From assembly GCA_002633005.1 (NCBI GenBank), contig NMRA01000107.1, forward strand, positions 103,492 through 167,491: 64,000 nucleotides of DNA, in the 5' to 3' direction. This stretch comes from Phoronis australis (lineage: Eukaryota > Animalia > Phoronida). Below, piece after piece: positions 1 to 12,490 of the stretch. Position 1 is the stretch's first letter; each line of letters starts with the position of its first letter. A program made the position numbers and the translations under genes. The notes beneath the pieces are model-generated. The model was not told the origin of the DNA, did no database searches, and saw only the letters and a program-made list of their open reading frames with translations.

Positions 1-437
1 ATAAGACACATAATTTCCATAAAAATGATATCTTAATTCAGTGAAATTTTTCTCTCATGTCCTCTTACTTGTAAATCACCGATCTCCAGTTTGAATGCGG
101 GTATCGTGTCGTCAGGATCTTTGTCTTGAGAATTATATTCAGTTACCAGTGGTAACCTAATTTAGCAGACGATAATTTCCCGGTCGAAGCTTAGCGTGAA
201 AAAAAACGTGTTTTAAGCTATAATAGTTGGTAAACCTTAATTTATAAATTCAATTTATTTCTATTATATTTAAGTCTTCAATTGGTTTTGAGTAAAAGCA
301 TTATTTGACAAAAATAGCCCGACTTTTCTTAAAAGATCACGACCTCCGTCCCCGCGCCTCTGACATAGAAAGTAGTTACAAAGCCGTGGAGAGTCAGAAA
401 AGGTAAATCTATTCATTGCAATGTTTCTCGTTTAGTA

Positions 438-623
438 TGTGGTATAAATAGATTATTACACGTTCTCAGCCGTTATCCCCCTTATCTAGAGCCCTCGTGG
501 ATTTTGGAGAATTATCACCCTCGGGGCTAACGCCCCTCGGGCGATAATTCTCCAAAATTCACTCGGGCTCTAGATAACGGGGGATAACGACTTCGCCATG
601 TAATAATCTATATTTATACCACA
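438..623. repeat. Long imperfect palindrome (non-autonomous hairpin/MITE-like element)
   Basis: TGTGGTATAAATAGATTATTACA...TGTAATAATCTATATTTATACCACA with ~90-bp complementary arms around a central GGGGC-TAAC-GCCCC hairpin. Confidence 0.85.
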
Positions 624-1572
624 ATATTAGCCACTGAAACCAGTCTCTGCCAGTTGACTTGTCACAACGTGTCGTTTAATTCGCCGATCACGATCTCCAA
701 AAACGTCGAACTCTGGATTCTCATTTGACAAGACCATTCTCCTCTTAACACTCTTCCCTGTTACGAGTGCACAGAATCGATTCAAACGAGCTTAGTTTAT
801 TTTCTTGTGGTCATGTAAGGCGAGACAGCCATTGCAAATAAAAAAATGCGCGACATTAGTTTATTCAGCCTTTCAACAACAACAAAAGCAGTGAAAATAA
901 TCTCGTGACTTGTACGGGTGTGCTATTTGATGGTGTCGTGTAACAGTTTATGGCCCATCAGTATTACTCTTTCATTGATTGCTTTCATCTCTCGGATCTA
1001 CCTGTTAGGGTCAGCTATACCTCGGCCCAAGGCTATGCCGAAGCAAAGTTAGTAAAATGATTTTCCCTGATGCGACTGTTGTTACCACAACCACTGGCCG
1101 AAGAACTTGTGAGCTAAGACCCTACTCATACTGTTCAGTGTTACCTGGTCTCCAGCTGTTTTTGCGCATTGCTCGTAAAGATTTTGAATGTCACAAGACA
1201 AAGCACGTCTCCTTATTTGATATGGCAAGACATAGACGTAGTACATTTCCCATGTAACCTTTGATGTATAAGAAATTACAATGTCGACGACTTGAAGCAT
1301 CGGCCAGTTCGATTAAGAGGCAATTGATGTGTAAGTCCTAGCTGTTTAAAATTAGTTATAAAGGCATCGTAGTACTGAAATGTATTCTAGTGCACTCGGA
1401 GTTATCTTGCCAATTGCTTGCCTCACTGGTATACCTCATACTGCGCTGCCGACTTCAGATTCGGAGTGCGATAACACATGATAATCTGCCGTTAGTAGCC
1501 TTAGTTTGTCGAATGACTGTGAGCGCATGCGCACATTTATCTAAGTGAGGAAGATTAGAATTTCTGTGGAGA

Positions 1573-3514
1573 CTACAGTTTTTTTAAAGAGTCAAAAGCT
1601 TTGGAAAGATCAATTAGCATGGCCAGAGGTAACATATTATTTTCCACAGCCTTGACAATTCTATCCATAATTTTAACTAAAGCCAGTTCTCTAGAGTGCC
1701 CGCCACGAAAACCATACTGGGCAGGATGTAGCAAGCCATTAGACTGAAAATAATCGTGAAGTTGATTATAAATAAGTTTTTCTAAAATCTTAGAAAAGCA
1801 AAGAAGAACAGAGATAGGCCTGTAATTATCTAAAAACAACTGGTCCCTTTTTTAAATACAGGAATAACCTTGGCAATTTTCATGTTGTCTGGAAAAATTT
1901 GGTTGGAAATGGACTGGTTATACACAACACACAATGATTCAATCAATAGATTACTTAGACATTCTGTTATTTTCATGGATATGCCATCATGGCCACAAGT
2001 AGGTTTACCAGGAAAATAATTAATCGCTTTTCTAATATCAATTAGCGAAATTTGTTTGAAATCAAATCTAACAGCAGATTCACAATCTAAAATAGACATA
2101 TGTGACAAATTTGAAGAATGAGTAGGTAGAAAGTGTGAGGCAATATTACTAAGATAATTATTAAAATGATTTACAATATCACCCTCGTCACAAATCATTT
2201 CATTATTTTCTTCAATTTGATAGGATTATTTGATGACATTTCTATTCAATAAATTAGTAATAAATTTCCGAGTGTCCTTGGGAGAACCAACATGGGCCCG
2301 AAACTGATTGTAATAATAAAGTCTCTTAGCACTTTTCATGACTTTTGAGAATAATGTTATAGGTTTGTTTTTAATGAGACAAAGTTACTAGCACTTTGGA
2401 GGGTTGACTGGAATCGTTTATAAAGCCTGTCTCTAAACCCAAGAGAGTTTAAAATACCTTGAGGATAAGCAAGAACAGAGTCCTGAATTAAATTATAATT
2501 CATATTGGGATCCATATTCAAATTTGTATCCGTGTGAGAAAGTACATTGTAATGCGAAAATTCATCATACACCTTTTTCAAACAATCGTCATTAATGACA
2601 TTTTTGTAAGCAAATTTGGGAACTGTCGCCCTTTTTAATGTTCTGTTAAAACAAGAGAAAATAGGTGAATGATCAGAGATATTTGAAATATAGATCCCGG
2701 AAACTGTATCAATGTTAGAACAGTTATTACATTTGCAGAAAATATTGTTAATAAGTGAAGCAGAAAACCCAGAGAAGCGAGTGGGAAAAGTAATCGTTGG
2801 AGAAAAACCATTTAATGACACAGTGTTGTAGAATTTTCCGAACAAGTGCCTCTCATCCACTTTTAAGAGATTGATGTTAATATCACCTGCCAACATGACA
2901 TGAGAATTGGTTTGCCCAATTTTATTAATCAATGGATTAAAGTCATCTAGAAATGTCCGTATGTTCAAATTGTCATTTTCTTTTAGAGGTTTATGAATAT
3001 TGCCAACAATAACATTTTTCTCATGGATGATCCCAACTAAGATCACAAATAGTGACTCAAAAACTGTAGAATCACTTTTTATTTTGGAGATTTTATACTC
3101 CAACGAGTTGTGGAGGTAAATAATAAGGCCACCATGGCCACGACATTTCTTACCCTTGGAAACACAAGAGTGATTATCAATTTGAAACAATGAGAGGTCA
3201 GCATCATCACCAAGCCAAGTTTCCTGCAGACAAATTGCGCTAAAGTAAAAATTTAGCTGGGACAGTTGACGGAGAAACAGAAACAGGCTATCAAACTTAG
3301 CTCGGATACTTTATATGTTTAAAGATAACATACAGAAGTCGTCATTGTGTTTAATGTTTTTAAGAGCAATTATTATAGCTCTAAATGAATCATTGTCATA
3401 ATAGGGATATGACTTGAGTGCACCAGAACCAATATCATCATTTTTATCACCAAGTAAATGAACAAAACTATTGATTAGAAAACGGACAATCGCCTCACAA
3501 ATAAAAAAGTTCAT
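1573..3514 (-). mobile_element. Degenerate non-LTR retrotransposon ORF2 (CR1/L2-type): APE endonuclease plus N-terminal RT, frameshifted and truncated
   Basis: APE motifs LSLNI, ICLQETWL, GGLIIY, GDININLL, PTR, SDHSPIF; RT motifs GHDGIS, FPDNMKIAKVIPVFKKG, NYRPISVL, QYGFR, DLSKAFD; split over 4 ORFs by stops and frameshifts. Confidence 0.92.
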
Positions 3515-3960
3515 GTTAACTAAACGTTTCGTCTACTCATAAGACATCATCAGGCTATGTACAGTAGGACAACAGGAAGTGCTATTGACATTAATACCAC
3601 CAAAGTTATTCAATATATCCATGTAGTGAAATAAAGTGTGCATATTGCAACGAAAATAAAGATCAATGGCAAATCAACAACACTGGTAGGTGTCTATCGT
3701 TCTTTGGCATGCTTTTGTATTATGGAAATATTCACCTGCGTTGATCATTTCGTTGTCGTTATGATAGTGTTGTGTTCCTGATTTTTCTGTGTTTATTTGA
3801 TATAGTTCACTATTGGCCTCCGTCAGCGTCTATGTTTACTGTATCAAGTTTACACGTACTTGTGAATTGCAGATTACATAATTATGCAAATCCTCGTGTG
3901 AAAAAGTCGAAATGCCGCTCATGGGATGGATGACGTTACAGTTGGCTGCAAACAGATATC

Positions 3961-4098
3961 GGGTCATCAGTAACTCAGTGGGAAGGTCACCAGACCGGCA
4001 ATCTAGAGACCTGTGGTTCGATTGCCAGTTGGGGTTCCTGAATTTTCTGTGTTTATTTCACTATTGGCCACATCAGCGTCTATATTTACTATTTTTCT
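3961..4098 (+). mobile_element. tRNA-derived SINE (head plus body)
   Basis: A-box-like TAACTCAGTGGG and B-box-like GGTTCGATTGC at tRNA spacing; the body (TTTTCTGTGTTTATTT...CACTATTGGCC...TCAGCGTCTAT) is repeated at ~3775-3840. Confidence 0.6.
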
Positions 4099-5380
4099 GA
4101 TTAAGTGATTTTACGTCCACAAAAAGCGCTCTGGATGCTCTTTCGGAAAAAAGGAATTTTATTTTCTAAAGGTTGCACTACTTACCACGGCACCCTCAGT
4201 AGCAGCCGGCAGAGGGAGTGATTGCAATTGAGATTAGAAAATTCAACTCCGTTGTGGTGACATCGGAGTCGGTGGTTTGTGTTTTCTTCCGAGGTTGTAA
4301 CTTTGGTTGAGTTAAAATACCAGCCATGTTTCACTTTATCGGCATTTTGGCTACTGTAAGAGTAGTCCAGCGACGCCTCTGTCACCGATAAACTTCAAAT
4401 AATATAACGACCCCTTTCAAAGAACCAAGATTAAGAAAATAAGGACGCATTGCAACGCTTTCGTCCGGTGGCAAATATCCAAAGCGATCACAAAGAGCCT
4501 TCGATTCTTGTTTCCGAAAGAACCGTCGCACCACGAGGAGTTCTATGTTCAGTGGGAACTCTTTCGGAAATCCCTAGTATAGACCGCTATAATTTTGGTC
4601 TCAAATTGTTCGTTACTTAGATCAGAAGCGATTCCGTTGTTCCTGAAGAGACCATGCGCGCGCATAATATGACCCTGCGTGACAAGCCAATTTGTAGAGC
4701 TTGGTTTCCACTAGCAACAAATTGTCACGTGTTCTTTCGAAGCCCTGGAATCGCTCCCGGTTTGACTTAGGAACAGCTTGAAACCAATCTTCACAACGTT
4801 AGTGGTCTAAACCAGTTTTGTGTCGAAATGTTTTTAAAAACTATAAATTTAGTAACCACTACTAATGAATGCCACCTTCTACATCAGCTTACAGGGATTA
4901 CGTGAGGACCTTTTCGACTGTTTGTTTAGTTATCGCAACAGCATTGTTTGCCATGGTGAAAGATACGTGTGTACTTAACTTCTCAGCATAGCCTGTAGCA
5001 TCTTTGCCTTGGTGTAAGATTAGGATGGTGTAAAGCTTTTACTTGCATACATTAGCTTTTAAGCAAATTTTGTGCGAACGTTCTTAATGCTCACTTTTAT
5101 GAAAACCAATCTGTTCGCTCTGTGATGGTTTCCGAAAGGATAATACCTCGAGATGGACTGTTTTAGCTTTCTTTATATATTTAATGGTTTTGTTAGGGCA
5201 GTTCTCTGAATGTTGTACACGAAAGAGACGTAGTTAAAAGGAAACCACAAACTAGAAATGGAAAATGGCAGAAGCAACGGTATTCCCGAAGTGGAAGATT
5301 TGGTAAAATTTGTAATATATAGGAGAGATTGAGACAAGCGCGTTTCATGTTACGTTGTCCAGCCTTGCCAGGTTCATACC

Positions 5381-5441
5381 TACACTCTATCACAGTGCTA
5401 AACGAAAGTTAGCAGTATAGGTGGCGCTGTGTCAGAAGGTA
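5381..5441. mobile_element. Ultra-short MITE (61 bp) with 10-bp TSD
   Basis: TIRs TACACTCTATCACAGTGC / GCGCTGTGTCAGAAGGTA; TSD GGTTCATACC on both sides; second copy at 34305. Confidence 0.75.
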
Positions 5442-6394
5442 GGTTCATACCACGTTTCCACATTAAAAACAACGATGGCAGGTCTCTTTTTAACTCGAGC
5501 GCAGTAAACATTTCAATGTATATACAAAGGCACTGGTGATCGTAAATGAAACAATGTATCTTTAATAGATGTGTACGCGTGTATAAAGTGTATACATACT
5601 ACCTGGAATTTCCGAAAAATGTTCGTGCGCGGATATTCAGAAACAACCTTTCAAAAACGTGTCTTTGGAAACAGGGGCGTATTTTCGGCAACTGTGTCAT
5701 AAAGCTGTCCTTCATACTATGCTAATACGGTTACTTACCAACAAAGTCACCAATATCTCGTAGTCATTTGAGTGAAATCGCGGTTCCAAAATATGTCTTG
5801 GCAATGAATACAAAGTTTTATACATCAAAACAATTAACTGTTCGTAGTATTTCAGAACAATCCATCAGATTTTTAGAACATTCAAACAGTTGCCGAAAAT
5901 GTGCTCATTGGCGTACTTTTGGAATTTTTCCGAAAATACGCCGATGGGCGTACTTGTAGGTGGTCCTATTGTCGAAAATTTCCAGTACTGTGAACTTAGG
6001 GCCAGTGACCTCTTGTTCAATAAAGTCATTATTTTTAGAAAGAAAGATCGCAAGAGTTAAACGTGAAGGTAAATAAACCCGCGCCTTCTGTCAAAATTTG
6101 TATAACGTCGGTCTCAAGTTATTTCTTACTCAGTTTACATGCGCGCTCACACAGGGTGGGGCTCGAATGCCGGAGCCCCACCATTTGGCGAAGTAGGCAA
6201 AAAGCTCCGCCTCAGACAAACAAAAAGTCCGAAAAAGTAGAAAAGTAGGCAACAGTCCACTAAAACGGCAGGTGCACAATTCATAGCTCTGAACGTACCC
6301 CGTTTTTTAGTAAAAGGTCCACGTTCTCAAAAATTCGAGCCTCCGCATTTTTTAGGCTGGGCGCGCATGGGTTATACATGATTTCTAAGCTTAA

Positions 6395-7873
6395 AGGAGC
6401 ATGCCACCCAAAAAACAACCTAATTTGTACCAATTTAGATCGAGTAGTTATACTCCATAACGACACCGTACGGTTGCGTTACCTGACACCTGACGGCAGA
6501 CGGAGGTGTTGAAATTATCCAATGACGTCGTCGTTCGGCAGGTCAATAAGGTTCGTAGCAGGAGTTAGGGGTCTGTTCGGAGATAATTTCGAAGTATTTT
6601 CTGCGAGATACAGACAGGAGAACCTAGATCTGTGTTGTTTAGACTTGTGATTTTTTGAGTTCTAAACACAAAACGCTAGTTATCCTGGCCACTGGCTCGG
6701 AGCCCGATCAGGCCCGTCGCGGCCGACCGGATTGACTCGTTATCCCGGCCAGTGAGTGGCTCGGAAACTGATCAGACATCACGAACATAAACCAGCCAAA
6801 GTTCACTGGAAACCAAACTTCCAGTCAAAAAAATACTATACTAGTGAGCCAAAGTAATGTGCTCCTGATCATGTTGGTGAATTAGCCACGAAACTGCAAA
6901 TCTACTTACTCGTCGGGGGCCGCGAATTCAGGTTCCGCTTTGGCCACAGCACCGCCAGGGCAGAAGTTGTACATTGACAATCATTATTTGAGTAATGTAA
7001 AAGGAAATAAAGATTCACCTGGCCGTGGGATGGAAATCGAGCTGTTTCACAACAGTTCCTGCCAGCAAACACTAAATTACTGAGCAGAGTCACACGGCCT
7101 CGGTGTCCCGTCAATTAGTTTTATTGCACCTAAAGCCGGTATCGCAGTGATTTATTCATTGCTGGCTTCTCAAATCATTTGCACTCACGAACACTCCAAA
7201 GGCATTATAAATGCATCTAATGAGACAGACTTTGTTTCAGTTTTATATAAGTATTGGTTAGGGTGAGAATAATTCATTTTGAAACAGAACGCGGCAGTAA
7301 TAAACGCCAACATGGCAACTCGCAATCCCGACTTAGGACGAGCTAGAGCTCATCAGTCCCGACTTCGCAGGTGGATCGTTAAGTTTTACAGGCTATCAAT
7401 TGGAACAGGAATACAGTGATGAAGAAATACTAGAGAGGTGCCGTGATCAAGCTCAGACAACGGAACGTATGGAGTTATTTTGTAAGCCGGCATTCGTCAG
7501 GCACTGTCGACGTCTGCAGGCCAGAGACACGGAGATGTTTCACGACCTCATACTTGCTATTTACAGCGTACATTTCATTCTTCACTACCATGAGCCACTT
7601 CCTAAGCATTTCGGACTCTCGAGGAAGTAAAAAAAAAACGATATACCCGCTTTCCTCGCAGCTGCTTAGTTCGGACAAGCGGGAAAGATGCACCGCAACA
7701 CAGCGGCATTCACTCTGCATATGAACCACTGACGTCGCTAGCGTCGTTTCTCACCTTCCTCACAGGTTAACGCGACACCTCTTGGCAAGGTAAGGTCGAC
7801 CGTATGCGAGGCGATGTGGATATAGACCGATTAAAACGGCAAAAAGACTAATTAAATCGGGTGGCATTCTCCT
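6395..7873 (-). mobile_element. Internally deleted Kolobok DNA transposon, copy 1
   Basis: TTAA TSDs (6391-6394, 7874-7877); TIRs AGGAGCATGCCACCC / GGGTGGCATTCTCCT; THAP remnant on - (~7500-7712); KolX-like 5' remnant on + (~7400-7470); homologous to 35844-38141 in opposite orientation. Confidence 0.85.
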
Positions 7874-10800
7874 TTAAGGTGTTCCGACTGCCTCACACCA
7901 GACCCAGTTGACTGCTCGCCGTCTGGCGGCTGCGGCCATCGTGGAAATTCCAGGCTATTCATGATAAGTAAACAATAAGCTAAGAACGCGGTGATGACTT
8001 GCTCTGAATGAGCAAATTGAGTGCGTTTATGAAGAATGTTGGTATTTTTGACAGGCACGAGTTTTAGCTCGTCAATCATCAATTCGCCAGCTATCTTCAG
8101 ACATTACGTCGTTTTCAGAAAAACGCGCATAGGTAGGCCTGTGTGATATGCTCATCGCGATAACTTTCGGATTTTTGCTTATCATTGTGACATTTTCGTG
8201 CCATATATGTTAGCGTTGAGTTGGTTACACTGGAAAATAATGTTGCTCATAGTTGGTCGTGCACTACTTCTTCACTACGGCTTGTGCCCATGTTTGTTCA
8301 CATTAATGCTGCTAATTTACACTAGTTCTAAAATATCAATTATAAGCCTAATCTCACCGACAGAATGGGTACTTTGAGTACTGCTTTTTAGTTATGATCC
8401 CGCTCTCCAACCGGTCCTGTGATAGACTACTTAAGCTGGCTTCCCACAGCTCGATTCCGATTTTCAGCCATTACTTGATTGCATATTTCGATATTTCGGA
8501 TCAGCTAATTGTAAAAAAATGAAACACTGTCTGATGACGTCACATTCTGGCTTTTAATTTGTAGCAAAGAAAAATCGATCATCAATTTGAAAATGCTAAG
8601 CTCGACGTGACATCTACCAGGGTCTTCACTCAATGACCCCTGGGGAAAGGCTCCTGTGCCTTCTGGCGGGGGATTTTTTACGGAGGGGAAAATCTCATCC
8701 TCCATCGTCACCCCGCATCAGTCACTGCCTACTGTTTTGGTCCCTCTATCTGCCCTGAAGGATCCACAATCAAGAGGACAACAGGAATAATCTGACAACT
8801 GCTGTGCTGTTAATTTTAATTCTCATCATGATTTATTACCCGTGCGCCTACAGCGGATGGCTCGACTTGCCAATTTCGCCCAAATTCACTGATCAGTGTT
8901 TGTCTCTTTGGATGAGATCATTTCCACGGACAGTTGAAAACAAACAAGCCGCTGATCTCCCGCCACCAAACTTTCATAATATGTGATTTGTCGAGGAACC
9001 CTATTGATTTTTGGTCAGTACGAGTCAGGGTTTGGTGTTCGTAAAAATCTTTGAATTTTCAGGGGCGTTACGTCATTTTTTACCTCTTTAACTTTACTCT
9101 CACAGTAAGCAACTATCGTGTATCATTACTGCCTGATAAACACACCACTTTTTTACATTGCGCTCCTTGCGAACTCAACAATAAAATGGATATTTTACTA
9201 AAAGAGCGCGAAAATCTTGGTCATGAATTTATGAAATCAATACTCTTATCTTTACATTCACCAATTGAGAACACAGGATGAGTTTCGCTACTCGAAAGAC
9301 ATCGCTAAGATGAAATTATTTCATTATATATGGCGGCAGTTGGGTGAGTAGTCATATGCATGATTCAGCTGTCACTCCACTACGGCGGCCATTCTAGGAG
9401 ATGGTGCACCACCAAAAATAAAAATCACTAAGAATACTTATTAAATTCACATGAGTCTGAAAAGAATTATTGAAGTTGAGGTGAATTAGCACCATTTGGG
9501 CCTCAGTTTCGACTGAACAAACTTGCTTTAAAATCCGTTTCATGAAGTTTTTAACTAAAATAAAGCGGAAAGTGTATCTAAGTATTGGGGGTTCGCTTTG
9601 ACATGGAATCTGTCGGCTTCGCCATTGGAGGAAACCGAGTATCGAGGGACACAGACAATTCACACCAACAGGCGGAGCTGTTTCTCTCATTGGAAAATGT
9701 TTTTTTTTTAAGTGGACTTACAGTATTTTTAAAATACCGCAAGATCGGCAACATAAGCTGAGGACATGTACAGTGAAGTCATTGCACTGAAGAAAATACA
9801 TAAAGATGACTGTAGGTATTTTTTAAGAAAGAACAAAGCGATCACTGTCTTCCGTTAGTAGCAGTTAATTGCCGGCGGACTGATCAATAATGCATCGTGA
9901 CTATGGAAATTTCCACTGCTCGCTTTTTAAGCAGCGCTTGTGGACGCAGTCTGCACGGGTTCTCGCTTTAGAATAACCGTTAGGAAAGTCAACAGCGGTT
10001 AACGTGATATTAAAACCGCTTGCGTTTTAATAGCAACCGCTAATTCTACTTGTCTGACCTGAACGACTTGGGCTTAACGCTCGTGTAAGTAGCTTTGTGA
10101 TATATCTTTAGTTTATCAGCGCGTCATCCTGGAACTGCACAGGTTTATGGGTTGTATTCCAGATGGAATTTTATCAGACAGTCTGTTGCAGTAGCCAGTC
10201 TAGTCTACTTGCGATGCCGTGTCAATGTTAATAATATTTCCGTAAACAATTCCACAGCAGTGTTCCCGTGGTGCCTTGAGATTTTTCTCACACCAGTATA
10301 CGTGAGAAATTTACGGAGAAATGCACGGATTGCGCTTGTTGATTAAAATAGAAACAATATGGTTTCTCAAATTCGCGGGACTAATTTCATATTCATCGTA
10401 ACATGAACGAATGCAGATTTGAAATTGACATTAGAGTTGAACATAGCAACGATGAGAGGATTATTGTCGAGTGCTTTCGTGAAAGCATTACCCTTGCATA
10501 GGGTTTTGATCTCGAAACATCGCCATTTTGACGGGGTAAATTCCAAACTTGATCTTTTAGTAGAGATTCTTTGACAGATGTTTGTTTTAACTCATAAGCC
10601 TAGACCAATACAACAAAAGACACCATAGCTGTAAAAACACTGTCTGCAAATTTTTGTAGTAGTTGGAACACGAAGAATCCTTTTGTAGTTTCGAACTCTC
10701 AAAGTGAATTAAATCGAAAAGGCAAAATTTTGTTGGGAAAAGTCACACATCTTAGCGGCACTTTCTGTAGTACGGGAGTAGCCCTGGGGTTGTAACGAAC

Positions 10801-12138
10801 TCATCGAAGCCTGAATAGTATGGCCACATGATCGTGAAGCAAAACATGGAGTGTGTTATTCCTGTCAGGGGGAGCGCAATGTACTCTGCGCCAGTTCGTA
10901 AATTAAACGACTCGGGACGAGGGTAAATGAAACTGATATAGTGTTCATTCACGCTGTGCAAAGAACAAACTGTCTCACAGTCAAAGATGTAATTGTCTCA
11001 GTTATGACAGAATTCAGCGGCGTACTCAGAGAGAGAGAGGGTGAGGGAGAGGGAGATTAAAGACATCGTACCAGTCTAAAATTCTCTGTATTTTGGTTAA
11101 AACTGAAGCCTGAAAGTAATTCAAACGTCTTCTATGCAAACTTACTAAAAAAAAGTTGCTGCACATTCATTTCTTGGATACACCGCGCTGTGCCGCTACC
11201 CTGGGGCCTAGGCAATGTTGGCAGTTGTGAAAACAATTATTTGGCTCTTGTTCAACGGCTATAAACCACCGTTCCATCCACAAAGAGATTTACTTCAAAT
11301 GCGTCAGTCAGAACTTAACCACGCGTGATCTACTTTATGTGCACCTTTTTAGTAAAAAATAAACGAGTGCAATTTAGTCTGTGGAGATGTAGTAATATCC
11401 TACGACAGATCAGCATAAAGCGACTGTAGTGCGCAAAAACAGACGTGTCCTATTGCCCAAATGTCGTTATGCCATTGACAATGTTTTTCTTTTTTGTAAC
11501 GGCCAGATGGGGGAGGGACTAACACGATTAAATGTTTAAAAAATGAGCAACCATTTTATCTTTACCATTTGCGATGCACACGTATGGTGAGCGCATATCA
11601 TTGTCCCTGCTTTGATCTCAGAGAGTGTGCACGGTGTATGTGTGTGCCTGTGCATGTGCGTGTGTACATATAAACAGGACTTTGGAAATGCTAAAAATTA
11701 CTATCTTCTAAAAACTTTCATCAGTGAAAAAATGTCAAGAAAAGCGCGTGTGGAACTCCGTCAGAAAAATCAGGTGGTGTTAAACTTCATGGAAGATGAT
11801 GTCTGACTTCGTAAAACTGAAAATAGGTCATTCTCGCTCTAAAGTTGCGTCAGCGACGCACAGCGGCGTCTTTCAGCTGCATGCTTGAGCATATCTTTAT
11901 CGCACAAGTCTGCGTCAGTCATCTTTAACAGTGGTAAACCTGGGCCTGGCCAGGCCTATATTTGGTTTAGATCACAAGTCTAAATTATTTAGGCATCAGT
12001 GGTGAAGTGAAAGACCAGCTTAAGCCAGGTTTAAGCAGGTGTTAAACCTATTTTGCTAGACCACTGGTTTAAAAGTTGAAGGATCTTTATGAAATGCTCG
12101 AATTATCTTCAAACGCGGTGTAAGTCCAATTTAAGCCA

Positions 12139-12490
12139 CGGTGGCGGATATAGGATATCACAAGGGGGGCCCAACATGTTGTCTGAAAACATTTGTGCAA
12201 AGCACGATTAGATGCACATGGCACCGAATGGGGGGGNNNNNNNNNNNNNNNNNNNNNNNNNNNNNNNNNNNNNNNNNNNNNNNNNNNNNNNNNNNNNNNN
12301 NNNNNNNNNNNNNNNNNNNNNNNNNNNNNNNNNNNNNNNNNNNNNNNNNNNNCCGCATAATGTTAATTACCGGGGTTAATTAATTAACTCAACATTTCCC
12401 TACGCTCTTGCTGTTTTATTTTTTCCGGCAGCCAAGGGGGGGAGGGGGGGCCGGGCCCGCTGCCCCCTTCCCCCCCTAAATCCGCCTATG
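12139..12490. mobile_element. MITE of the (CAG)TGGCGGAT-terminus family, 5-bp TSD
   Basis: Ends CGGTGGCGGAT / ATCCGCCTATG; AGCCA duplicated on both sides; empty site in the paralogous copy at ~18437; related copy starts at ~24890. Confidence 0.75.
12237..12352. other. Assembly gap (N run)
   Basis: 116 consecutive N. Confidence 1.

Noticed and set aside
3961-4035. tRNA gene
   Set aside because: A and B boxes are present but there is no consistent acceptor stem or cloverleaf, and it continues into a repeated body, so it is better explained as a SINE head.
4186-4327. Selenoprotein exon (in-frame TGA in CY*GC shortly before a donor)
   Set aside because: No resemblance to a selenoprotein family I recognise and no SECIS can be assessed; a plain stop is more parsimonious.
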